Virus record (IMG/VR): IMGVR_UViG_2529292830_000009
Length of the DNA: 11,448 nucleotides
From: a virus
Lineage: Duplodnaviria; Heunggongvirae; Uroviricota; Caudoviricetes
Reading direction: 5' to 3' (one strand)
Below are positions 1 through 7,043 of this stretch, in pieces. A program made the translations under genes and the position numbers. Under the pieces are notes generated by a model that was given only the letters and a program-made list of their open reading frames with translations, had not been told where the DNA came from and made no database searches. Each line of letters starts with the position of its first letter. The first letter of the stretch is position 1.

Positions 1-369
1 TATGACTGGATACAGCAACAGATGAAAACACTGTCGCGTCACTCAGATACGGCAAAAGCGTTCGCATACCTGCTGAAACAGTGGGATGCACTGAACGTGT
101 ACTGCAGTAATGGCTGGGTGGAAATCGACAACAACATCGCAGAGAACGCCTTACGGGGAGTGGCCGTAGGCCGGAAAAACTGGATGTTCGCGGGTTCCGA
201 CAGCGGTGGTGAACATGCGGCGGTGTTGTACTCGCTGATCGGCACATGCCGTCTGAACAATGTGGAGCCAGAAAAGTGGCTGCGTTACGTCATTGAACAT
301 ATCCAGGACTGGCCGGCAAACCGGGTACGCGATCTGTTGCCCTGGAAAGTTGATCTGAGCTCTCAGTAA
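1..369 (+). CDS. IS66-family transposase (TnpC-like), C-terminal fragment; 5' end lies outside the window
   Basis: Frame 1 is open from nt 1 (YDWIQQQ precedes the listed Met at 22) to TAA at 367..369. The translation (...[58 protein letters not shown]...LLPW...) matches the conserved C-terminal region of IS66-family transposases as I recall it. Confidence 0.85.
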   Translation, partial: YDWIQQQMKTLSRHSDTAKAFAYLLKQWDALNVYCSNGWVEIDNNIAENALRGVAVGRKNWMFAGSDSGGEHAAVLYSLIGTCRLNNVEPEKWLRYVIEHIQDWPANRVRDLLPWKVDLSSQ

Positions 370-399
370 ATATCAATACGGTTCTGACGAGTCGCTTAC
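1..399 (+). mobile_element. Right-hand end of an IS66-family insertion sequence (partial; continues upstream of the window)
   Basis: Contains the C-terminal part of an IS66-type transposase (1..369) followed 30 nt later by ...GTCGCTTAC ending at 399. IS66-family termini characteristically read 5'-GTAAGCG- inward, and the reverse complement of 393..399 is GTAAGCG. The exact boundary is inferred from this motif; the left end and any target-site duplication lie outside the window. Confidence 0.7.
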
Positions 400-400
400 T

Positions 401-475
401 GTTAAAAAACAAAAACGGAAGAAAACAGTAACTGACGATGTTAACCCCTGGCTGACTTCCGGAGGATGGTTATGA
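401..475 (+). pseudogene. Probable 3' remnant of the upstream phage gene (likely terminase large subunit) cut off by the IS66 insertion
   Basis: Frame 2 is open from the IS end to TGA at 473..475 (VKKQKRKKTVTDDVNPWLTSGGWL*). That stop overlaps the W-like ATG at 472 in an ATGA arrangement, the same 4-nt overlap lambda uses between A (terminase large subunit) and W. The assignment is by position only; 24 residues are too few to recognise. Confidence 0.3.
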
Positions 476-684
476 ATCAGAATGATATTGAAGCCATGAT
501 TCAGCGTTATACGGAAGCTGAAATGGCGGTGCTGGACGGAAAATCCGTCACTTTTAATGGTCAGCAGATGACCATGGAAAACTTATCTGAGATCCGGCAG
601 GGGCGGCAGGAGTGGGAGCGCCGCCTTGCGGCTCTGATTACACGACGACGTGGGCATCCCGGGTACCGGCTGGCGAGGTTCTGA
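472..684 (+). CDS. W: Head-tail joining / head completion protein, lambda gpW-like
   Basis: Small ORF (about 70 aa) directly upstream of the portal gene, ending ...ITRRRGHPGYRLARF, which resembles the lambda gpW C-terminus ...QRRRGPAGFYV. GGAGG at 461..465 sits 6 nt before ATG 472. ATG 466 is an in-frame alternative but has no spacer after the SD. Stop TGA 682..684 overlaps the portal ATG. Confidence 0.65.
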   Translation: MNQNDIEAMIQRYTEAEMAVLDGKSVTFNGQQMTMENLSEIRQGRQEWERRLAALITRRRGHPGYRLARF

Positions 685-2159
685 TGGCAATTCTTGATGA
701 TGTGATTGGCGTTTTTTCACCAGGATGGAAAGCGGCAAGGCTGCGTTCCCGTGCGGTGATCCAGGCTTATGAGGCCGTAAAAACGACGCGGACACACAAA
801 GCCCGACGGGAGAACCGAACTGCCGACCAGTTAAGCCAGTACGGGGCCGTGTCGTTACGTGAGCAGGCCCGTTACCTTGATAACAACCACGATCTGGTTA
901 TTGGTGTATTTGACAAGCTGGAAGAACGGGTGGTGGGGAAAAACGGGATTATTGTCGAGCCACATCCGGTATTACGCAATGGGGCCATTGCCCGTGATCT
1001 GGCAGCGGAGATACGTACCCGATGGAGTGAATGGTCTGTCAGTCCGGAGGTCACCGGGCAGTTTACCCGTCCGATGCTGGAACGTCTGATGCTGCGTACC
1101 TGGCTGCGCGATGGTGAGGTGTTTGCCCAGATGGTTTCCGGGCGCATAAACAGCCTGACGCCTTCTGCCGGTGTTCATTTCTGGCTGGAGGCGCTCGAGC
1201 CGGACTTTATTCCCATGACCAGTGATGAGAGCAACAGGCTGAATCAGGGCGTGTTTGTTGATGACTGGGGGCGTCCCGAAAAATATCTGGTGTATAAAAG
1301 TCGTCCTGTATCCGGACGGCAGATGGAAACCAAAGAAGTGGATGCAGAGCGAATGCTGCATCTTAAATTTGTTCGCCGTCTGCACCAGATGCGCGGGACG
1401 TCTTTATTGTCCGGTGTGCTGATCCGCCTCAGCGCCCTGAAAGAGTATGAAGATTCTGAGCTGACTGCAGCAAGGGTCGCCGCTGCTCTGGGGATGTACA
1501 TCCGCAAAGGCGACGGACAGAGCTATGAAACGGATGGTAATTACAGCAAGGAGAATGAACGCGAGCTTACCATTCAGCCAGGCATTATTTACGACGATCT
1601 GAAACCCGGCGAAGAAATCGGAATGGTGAAGTCGGATCGCCCAAATCCTAACCTTGAAACTTTTCGTAATGCTCAGTTGCGTGCCGTGGCGGCGGGCAGT
1701 CGTCTGAGTTTTTCCAGTACAGCGCGCAACTATAACGGCACTTACAGCGCCCAGCGTCAGGAGCTGGTTGAATCCACTGATGGCTACCTGATCCTGCAGG
1801 ACTGGTTTATTGGTGCCGTCACCCGCCCGATGTATCGTGCCTGGCTGAAACAGGCTGTGGCATCCGGTGTTATCAGGCTACCCCGCGATCTTGACCGTTC
1901 TTCACTGTATACCGCGGTGTATTCCGGACCGGTGATGCCGTGGATTGATCCTGTTAAGGAGGCTGAGGCCTGGAAAATCCAGATTCGTGGTGGAGCGGCG
2001 ACAGAATCAGACTGGGTACGTGCAGGTGGTCGTAATCCGGATGATGTCAAACGTCGGCGCAAGGCCGAAATTGATGAAAACCGCAAGCTGGATCTGGTAT
2101 TTGATACCGATCCGGCCAGTGATAAAGGAGGCAGCAGTGCCGCAACGAAACGACAGTAG
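684..2159 (+). CDS. Phage portal protein
   Basis: A 491-aa ORF between the W-like gene and the prohead protease, the canonical portal position and size. ATG 684 is preceded by GAGG at 675..678 and overlaps the W stop (TGATG). The GTG at 612 in the ORF track would overlap W by 73 nt and is less plausible. Ends TAG 2157..2159. Confidence 0.8.
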   Translation: MAILDDVIGVFSPGWKAARLRSRAVIQAYEAVKTTRTHKARRENRTADQLSQYGAVSLREQARYLDNNHDLVIGVFDKLEERVVGKNGIIVEPHPVLRNGAIARDLAAEIRTRWSEWSVSPEVTGQFTRPMLERLMLRTWLRDGEVFAQMVSGRINSLTPSAGVHFWLEALEPDFIPMTSDESNRLNQGVFVDDWGRPEKYLVYKSRPVSGRQMETKEVDAERMLHLKFVRRLHQMRGTSLLSGVLIRLSALKEYEDSELTAARVAAALGMYIRKGDGQSYETDGNYSKENERELTIQPGIIYDDLKPGEEIGMVKSDRPNPNLETFRNAQLRAVAAGSRLSFSSTARNYNGTYSAQRQELVESTDGYLILQDWFIGAVTRPMYRAWLKQAVASGVIRLPRDLDRSSLYTAVYSGPVMPWIDPVKEAEAWKIQIRGGAATESDWVRAGGRNPDDVKRRRKAEIDENRKLDLVFDTDPASDKGGSSAATKRQ

Positions 2160-4164
2160 CCGCAGTACACCGACGACCAGTCCGAAGAATAATTCCTGGT
2201 TCAGGATGCAGGCTGGTCACCAGAGTGACGCGGATATTTATATTTATGACGAGATTGGTTTCTGGGGGGTTACAGCGAAGCAGTTTATCAGTGATCTGAA
2301 TGCACTGGGCGATATCACCCACATTAATCTCCATATCAATTCACCGGGTGGCGATGTCTTTGAAGGCATCGCCATTTTTAATGCGCTGAAAACACATGGT
2401 GCGTCCATTACCGTTTATGTCGACGGTGTGGCGGCATCAATGGCGTCGGTCATTGCGATGGTGGGAAACCCGGTCATTATGCCGGAAAACACCTTCATGA
2501 TGATTCATAAACCATTTGGCTTTACGGGCGGTGATGCGGAGGACATGCGCACCTATGCCGACCTGCTCGATAAAGTTGAGGCGGTTCTGTTACCCGCTTA
2601 TGCACAGAAAACCGGGAAAACCACCGATGAAATTGCTGCCATGCTGGCGGATGAGACCTGGATGTCCGGTGCCGAATGTCTGGCACATGGATTTGCTGAT
2701 CAGGTGACGCCAGCCGTTAAGGCAATGGCATGTATTCAGTCAAAACGTACAGAGGAATTTAAAAAGATGCCGGAATCCATTCGAAACATGATTACTCCGC
2801 CACGCAACAGTGCTCCACGCGTACAGGATAATGAACCTGCAGCTTCCCGGACGCCAGTGCAGGCAGCAGCACCCGTGGTGGATGAAAACAGTATCCGTGC
2901 GCAGGTACTGGCAGAGCAAAAAGCGCGTGTAAACGGTATTAATGATCTGTTTGCCATGTTTGGCGGGCGTTATCAGACGCTGCAGGCTCAGTGTCTTGCC
3001 GATCCTGAATGTTCGCTGGAGCAGGCCCGCGAAAAGCTGTTGAACGAGATGGGGCGCGAGTCCACGCCATCCAATAAAAATACCCCGGCTCATATTTATG
3101 CCGGTAACGGTAATTTTGTGGGGGACGGGATCCGCCAGGCGCTGATGGCGCGTGCCGGATTTGAAAAAACCGAACGTGATAATGTCTACAACGGGATGAC
3201 CCTGCGTGAATATGCCCGTATGTCACTGACTGAACGGGGTATTGGGGTTTCCAGTTATAACCCGATGCAGATGGTCGGTGCGGCGTTCACACACAGTACG
3301 TCTGACTTCGGTAATATTCTGCTGGATGTTGCGAACAAAGCCATTCTGCAGGGCTGGGAAGATGCCCCTGAAACCTATGAACAGTGGACGCGGAAAGGTC
3401 AGTTGTCTGATTTTAAAATTGCCCATCGTGTGGGTATGGGGGGCTTCAGTGCTCTGCGTCAGGTGCGTGAAGGGGCGGAATATAAATACGTCACCACCGG
3501 AGATAAACAGGCCACTATTGCACTGGCGACCTATGGCGAGCTGTTCAGTATCCCCCGTCAGGCCATTATCAATGATGATCTGAATATGCTGACCGATGTC
3601 CCGATGAAACTGGGCCGTGCGGCGAAATCCACTATTGCCGATCTGGTTTATGCCATTCTGACGTCTAACCCGAAAATCTCCACAGATAATGTAAGTCTGT
3701 TCGATAAAGCGAAACATGCAAACGTACTGGAGAGCGCTGCAATGGACGTGGCATCGCTGGATAAAGCCCGCCAGTTGATGCGCGTTCAGAAAGAGGGGGA
3801 GCGTCATCTGAATATTCGTCCTGCGTTCGTACTGGTACCGACGGCGATGGAGTCTGTTGCTAACCAGGTCATTCGCTCCTCAAGTGTCAAGGGGGCTGAC
3901 ATTAACGCCGGTATTATTAACCCGGTGAAAGATTTTGCGACCGTTATTGCAGAGCCTCGTCTTGATGATAACAGCCTGACCACCTTCTACCTGGCTGCGT
4001 CAAAAGGCTCCGATACGATTGAAGTGGCTTATCTCAACGGTGTGGATACGCCATATATTGATCAGATGGAGGGCTTCAGTGTGGATGGCGTGACAACGAA
4101 AGTGCGTATTGACGCCGGTGTCGCGCCAGTTGATCACCGCGGTCTGGTGAAATGTACGGCGTAA
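2137..4164 (+). CDS. Fused prohead protease (ClpP/S14-like) - scaffold-like linker - major capsid protein (HK97-type fold inferred)
   Basis: One uninterrupted frame. The N-terminal part (DADIYIYDEIGFWG...INSPGGDVFEGIAIFNALK...VDGVAASMASVIAMVGNPVIMPENTFMMIHKP) has the ClpP-like serine protease signature, including the likely nucleophile in AASMAS. The middle is a Q/A/E-rich helical stretch (SIRAQVLAEQKARVNGINDLF...LEQAREKLLNEMGRE). The C-terminal ~370 aa looks like a phage major capsid protein by size, composition and position. The start is taken as GTG 2137 because of a strong SD (AAAGGAGG at 2124..2131, 5-nt spacer); ATG 2206 (MQAGHQSDADIYIY...) is an alternative. The track's ATG 1945 start would overlap the portal by over 200 nt and is rejected. 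Confidence 0.75.
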   Translation: MPQRNDSSRSTPTTSPKNNSWFRMQAGHQSDADIYIYDEIGFWGVTAKQFISDLNALGDITHINLHINSPGGDVFEGIAIFNALKTHGASITVYVDGVAASMASVIAMVGNPVIMPENTFMMIHKPFGFTGGDAEDMRTYADLLDKVEAVLLPAYAQKTGKTTDEIAAMLADETWMSGAECLAHGFADQVTPAVKAMACIQSKRTEEFKKMPESIRNMITPPRNSAPRVQDNEPAASRTPVQAAAPVVDENSIRAQVLAEQKARVNGINDLFAMFGGRYQTLQAQCLADPECSLEQAREKLLNEMGRESTPSNKNTPAHIYAGNGNFVGDGIRQALMARAGFEKTERDNVYNGMTLREYARMSLTERGIGVSSYNPMQMVGAAFTHSTSDFGNILLDVANKAILQGWEDAPETYEQWTRKGQLSDFKIAHRVGMGGFSALRQVREGAEYKYVTTGDKQATIALATYGELFSIPRQAIINDDLNMLTDVPMKLGRAAKSTIADLVYAILTSNPKISTDNVSLFDKAKHANVLESAAMDVASLDKARQLMRVQKEGERHLNIRPAFVLVPTAMESVANQVIRSSSVKGADINAGIINPVKDFATVIAEPRLDDNSLTTFYLAASKGSDTIEVAYLNGVDTPYIDQMEGFSVDGVTTKVRIDAGVAPVDHRGLVKCTA

Positions 4165-4187
4165 ACGTCGCAGACAACAACTCTGAT

Positions 4188-4207
4188 GGCCCGTAAGGGC
4201 TTTTTTT
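4188..4207 (+). terminator. Putative rho-independent terminator or attenuator after the capsid gene
   Basis: GGCCC-GTAA-GGGC followed by seven Ts (4201..4207), 24 nt after the capsid stop. The stem is short (4 to 5 bp), so it is probably partial. Confidence 0.45.
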
Positions 4208-4250
4208 GTACCTGAAATCAGCCCCTGAACGGGGCTGTGCGGAGACAGTT

Positions 4251-4574
4251 ATGGCAAAGAATTTTGTAGAAGAAGGAAAAACGGTGGCGATTGTTGCCAG
4301 TGCAGCCATCAGCAGTGGAGATCTGGTGCAGGTGGGTGATGTTTTTGCGGTAGCGCTGACCGATATTCCACAGGGTGAAACAGGCGACGGCCTGACCGAA
4401 GGTGTGTTTATGCTGCCTAAGCTGAAAACGGATGACATGAAAACGGGTAAGAAGGTTTATCTGAAGTCCGGAAAAGTTCAGTTGACTAACAGCGGCTCTG
4501 ATCCGCTGGTCGGGGTTGTCTGGGCAGATGCCGGAACCAGTGCAGAAGAAGTGCCGGTAAAACTCAATGTCTGA
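4251..4574 (+). CDS. Small capsid-associated protein in the head-decoration position (resembles the DUF2190 family as I recall it)
   Basis: 107-aa ORF immediately after the capsid gene (MAKNFVEEGKTVAIVASAAISSGDLVQVGDVF...). GGAG at 4241..4244 sits 6 nt before ATG 4251. The track's earlier ATG 4206 lies inside the upstream terminator and hairpin region and is unlikely. Function is inferred from position only. Confidence 0.55.
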   Translation: MAKNFVEEGKTVAIVASAAISSGDLVQVGDVFAVALTDIPQGETGDGLTEGVFMLPKLKTDDMKTGKKVYLKSGKVQLTNSGSDPLVGVVWADAGTSAEEVPVKLNV

Positions 4575-4842
4575 TCCCTTTTCCCGGCTGGCAGCGCGTA
4601 TGGATGCGATCACGGTCAGAAAGATGGGAAAGACAGCCTCGATTAATGATGTCGATATGACTGTGATCCCGGGAGAAACACTGGCAGAGCTGAATGCTCT
4701 GTCCGGACCTGCGGTCTCTCTGGTGGTGTTTTCTTCGGGATACCGCCCACGGCGCGGGGATCGCGTTGTTTATGACGGACAACAATGGACGGTCACACGG
4801 CATGAACGCTTTAACGGTAAGCCAATGATCTTTATTGAGTAA
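4567..4842 (+). CDS. FII: Head-tail connector protein, lambda gpFII-like
   Basis: 91 aa. Similarity to lambda FII in two stretches: FSRLAARMDAITVRKMGKTASIND versus lambda DNLFDAAIARADETIRGYMGTSATI, and YRPRRGDRVVYDGQQWTV versus lambda VRQLRRGDTLTIGEENFWV. Lies directly upstream of the Z homolog; its start overlaps the previous stop (ATG 4567, TGA 4572..4574). Confidence 0.7.
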   Translation: MSDPFSRLAARMDAITVRKMGKTASINDVDMTVIPGETLAELNALSGPAVSLVVFSSGYRPRRGDRVVYDGQQWTVTRHERFNGKPMIFIE

Positions 4843-4853
4843 AGAGGTGTGGG

Positions 4854-5444
4854 ATGAAGGGGCTTGAGAATGCTATCCGCAATCTGAACAGCCTTGATAC
4901 CCGTATGGTGCCACAGGCCAGCGCATGGGCGATAAACCGTGTGGCACAGAAAGCGGTCTCGGTTGCCACCCGGCAGGTTGCCGGGAATACCGTTGCGGGA
5001 GATAACCAGGTGAAAGGGATCCCCCTGAAACTGGTACGTCAGCGTGTCCGGGTGTTTAAAGCCAGTCCGTCAGGAAAAATGACGGCCAGGATCCGCGTTA
5101 ACCGGGGCAATCTGCCCACCATCAAGCTGAACACAACACGGCGGCGTGCTGGTGAAGGATTGAGAGTGGGAAAATACTTTTTCCGGGGGGCATTTATTCA
5201 GCAACTGGCGAATGGCCGCTGGCATGTTCTGAGGCGTCTTCCTGAAGCGCGTTTTGCAACAGGGCATGACCATCAGGGCAGGCCAAGAAAAAATCGTCTT
5301 CCTGTGGAGGTAGTGAAAATCCCGCTGTCCGGACCGCTGACACAGGCATTTGAAGATGCCCGCGACCGCATCATTGCTGCGGAAATGCCGAAACAGCTGG
5401 GGTATGCACTGAAACAACAACTGAGGTTATGGCTGACCCGATGA
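4854..5444 (+). CDS. Z: Tail completion protein, lambda gpZ homolog
   Basis: 196 aa against lambda Z at 192 aa. Clear shared motifs: KGLE.A..NL, AINRVA, VNRG.LP.IKL, GAFIQQL.NGRWHV, VVKIP...PLT.AF, LGYAL..QLR. AAGAGG at 4842..4847 sits 6 nt before ATG 4854. Confidence 0.9.
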   Translation: MKGLENAIRNLNSLDTRMVPQASAWAINRVAQKAVSVATRQVAGNTVAGDNQVKGIPLKLVRQRVRVFKASPSGKMTARIRVNRGNLPTIKLNTTRRRAGEGLRVGKYFFRGAFIQQLANGRWHVLRRLPEARFATGHDHQGRPRKNRLPVEVVKIPLSGPLTQAFEDARDRIIAAEMPKQLGYALKQQLRLWLTR

Positions 5445-5842
5445 ACCGACATACACAAATCCGCCAGGTCGTACTGGCACGCCTTCGGAAACAGTGTGGA
5501 GACAGCGCCACGTTTTTTGACGGGCTTCCGGCATTTGTTGATGCGCAGGAACTGCCTGCCGTGGCGGTGTGGCTGAGTGATGCTCAGTACACCGGAAAAA
5601 TGACGGATGAAGATGACTGGCAGGCTGTTCTGCATATTGCTGTCTTCATCCGGGCACAGGCACCGGATTCAGAGCTGGATATGTGGATGGAGAGCACCAT
5701 TTTCCCGGCCCTGAATGATATACCGGCACTTTCCGGACTCATCGACACCCTGATCCCACTCGGTTTTAACTATCAACGTGATAATGAGATGGCCACCTGG
5801 GCGATGGCGGAAATCACGTACCAGATCACGTACACGAATTAA
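5441..5842 (+). CDS. U: Tail terminator protein, lambda gpU homolog
   Basis: MNRHTQIRQVVLARL...ATFFDG.PAFVD..ELPAVAVWLSDAQYTG...WQA.LHI.VF..AQ.PDSELD.WMES.IFPALNDIPALS...ITYQITY aligns along its whole length with lambda U (MKHTELRAAVLDAL...ATFFDGRPAVFDEADFPAVAVYL...). Start chosen at ATG 5441 (ATGA overlap with the Z stop) to match lambda's N-terminus; ATG 5429 is an in-frame alternative. Confidence 0.9.
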   Translation: MNRHTQIRQVVLARLRKQCGDSATFFDGLPAFVDAQELPAVAVWLSDAQYTGKMTDEDDWQAVLHIAVFIRAQAPDSELDMWMESTIFPALNDIPALSGLIDTLIPLGFNYQRDNEMATWAMAEITYQITYTN

Positions 5843-5852
5843 GGAGGTGGTA

Positions 5853-6596
5853 ATGACCACACCAAATCCACTGGCAAAAACGAAAGGTGCGGGAACGACG
5901 TTCTGGATGTATACCGGCAACGGCGATGCGTTTGCGAACCCTTTGTCGGACACTGACTGGTTGCGTCTTGCGATGGTGAAGGATCTGCAACCTGGCGAAA
6001 TGACCGCTGATGCAGAAGATGACACTTATCTCGATGATGAAGATGCAGACTGGAAAACGACAACCCAGGGGCAGAAATCCGTCGGTGATACTTCGGCGAC
6101 GCTGGCCTGGCGTCCGGGGGACAGCGGGCAGAAAAAACTGGTTCAGTTGTTCGACTCCGGTGAAGTCTGCGCGTTTCGTATCAAATATCCCAACGGTACT
6201 GTTGATGTTTTCCGTGGCTGGCTGAGTTCACTGGGTAAAACCATTGCCTCAAAAGACGTGATGACCCGCACCGTGAAAATCAGCGGTGTGGGGCGTCCGT
6301 ATCTGGCAGAGGAAGGCACTGAAACCGTGGGCGTTACCGGGCTGACGGTGGCACCGGCATCTGCCAGTGTAAAAGTGGGAGCAACCACCCCGCTGACCTT
6401 TACAGTAAAACCTGACGGAGCCAGTGACAAAGCGATCAGTGTGCATTCGACAGATCCACAGACTGCCACGGTGACCCTGAACGGGCTTGTGGCCACGGTG
6501 AAAGGCGTGAAGCAGGGCAGTGTCAGCATTGTGGGCATGACTTCTGACGGCGATTTTGTGGCAGTGGCTACGGTGGCTGTCAGCGCCGCAGGTTAA
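5853..6596 (+). CDS. V: Major tail protein, lambda gpV homolog with C-terminal Ig-like domain
   Basis: MTTPNPLAKTKGAGTTFWMYTGNGDAFANPLSDTDWLRLAMVKDL.PGE.TA...DDTYLDDEDADW.TT.QGQKS.GDTS.TLAW.PG...NGTVDVFRGW.SS.GK is near-collinear with lambda V. The C-terminal ~85 aa (GLTVAPASASVKVGATTPLTFTVKPDG...) correspond to the Ig-like (Big_2-type) domain of gpV. AAGGAGG at 5841..5847 sits 5 nt before ATG 5853. Confidence 0.92.
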   Translation: MTTPNPLAKTKGAGTTFWMYTGNGDAFANPLSDTDWLRLAMVKDLQPGEMTADAEDDTYLDDEDADWKTTTQGQKSVGDTSATLAWRPGDSGQKKLVQLFDSGEVCAFRIKYPNGTVDVFRGWLSSLGKTIASKDVMTRTVKISGVGRPYLAEEGTETVGVTGLTVAPASASVKVGATTPLTFTVKPDGASDKAISVHSTDPQTATVTLNGLVATVKGVKQGSVSIVGMTSDGDFVAVATVAVSAAG

Positions 6597-6616
6597 CAGG
6601 ACGATACTCATCATTT

Positions 6617-6640
6617 GCCCCGGTTATCCGGGGCTTTTTT
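6617..6640 (+). terminator. Rho-independent terminator or attenuator downstream of the major tail gene
   Basis: Perfect 7-bp GC-rich stem GCCCCGG / CCGGGGC (6617..6623 and 6628..6634) with loop TTAT, then TTTTTT at 6635..6640, 21 nt after the V stop. Confidence 0.6.
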
Positions 6641-6656
6641 GCAGGTGGAGAACATG

Positions 6657-7043
6657 ATGTTTCTGAAACAGGGCACGTTTAATTATGAAAAACAGTCCGT
6701 GGTGCTCAGTGAGCTGTCCGGGCTGCAGAGAATTGAATATCTGGCGTTTGTTCAGCAGCGAACGGCAAAGTTTGATGCCGGGGAGGGAGAACTGCCGGAG
6801 GCTGAACGACAGATTGCTTTTCTGCGGATGGGGATGGATATCAATGCCTGGCTGGTTTCCCGCTCACTGTGGAATGCGGATCAGTCTAAGGATGTAGAGA
6901 CGCTTTGCGCATCCGTTATTACAACATGGTCGTATGATGCCCTGGGTGCGGGGGCGGAGATGGTTCTGTCGCTGAGCGGTATGGGGGCCATTGATAATGC
7001 CGGGGATGATGAGCATGAGGCGCTGACGCCGGAAAAGTCCTGA
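6657..7043 (+). CDS. G: Tail assembly chaperone, lambda gpG homolog
   Basis: MFLKQGTFNYEKQSVVLSELSGLQRIEYLAF... against lambda G MFLKTESFEHNGVTVTLSELSALQRIEHLAL...; also LSLSGM against lambda YRLSGM near the C-terminus. GGAG at 6647..6650 sits 6 nt before ATG 6657; ATG 6654 is the adjacent in-frame alternative. Stop TGA 7041..7043. Confidence 0.85.
   Translation: MFLKQGTFNYEKQSVVLSELSGLQRIEYLAFVQQRTAKFDAGEGELPEAERQIAFLRMGMDINAWLVSRSLWNADQSKDVETLCASVITTWSYDALGAGAEMVLSLSGMGAIDNAGDDEHEALTPEKS

Noticed and set aside
1945-2136. Upstream extension of the protease-capsid ORF to ATG 1945
   Set aside because: It would overlap the portal gene by more than 200 nt, and the translated extension is low-complexity with no protease similarity. 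GTG 2137 or ATG 2206 are the credible starts.
612-2159. Longer portal ORF starting at GTG 612, as listed in the ORF track
   Set aside because: It would overlap the W-like gene by 73 nt. ATG 684 has a GAGG Shine-Dalgarno and overlaps the W stop in the usual coupled arrangement.
3223-3807. 194-aa minus-strand ORF inside the capsid domain
   Set aside because: It is entirely antisense to a well-supported coding region and has no recognisable motifs; a typical spurious ORF in GC-balanced enterobacterial DNA.
2137-4164. Possibility that the protease-capsid fusion is two genes joined by a sequencing frameshift
   Set aside because: Not rejected outright, but the frame is continuous with no near-miss stop or start pattern at the domain boundary, and the downstream gene content fits a fused architecture. 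Kept as a caveat in the finding.
4206-4250. Earlier start (ATG 4206) for the 107-aa gene
   Set aside because: That start lies inside the terminator and hairpin region and has no Shine-Dalgarno; ATG 4251 has GGAG at the right spacing.
5778-5852. Upstream extension of the V gene to 5778
   Set aside because: It overlaps the end of U. ATG 5853 has a near-perfect AAGGAGG and matches the lambda V N-terminus.
6143-6538. 131-aa minus-strand ORF antisense to the major tail gene
   Set aside because: Antisense artefact of the T/V/A-rich Ig-domain coding region; no independent support.
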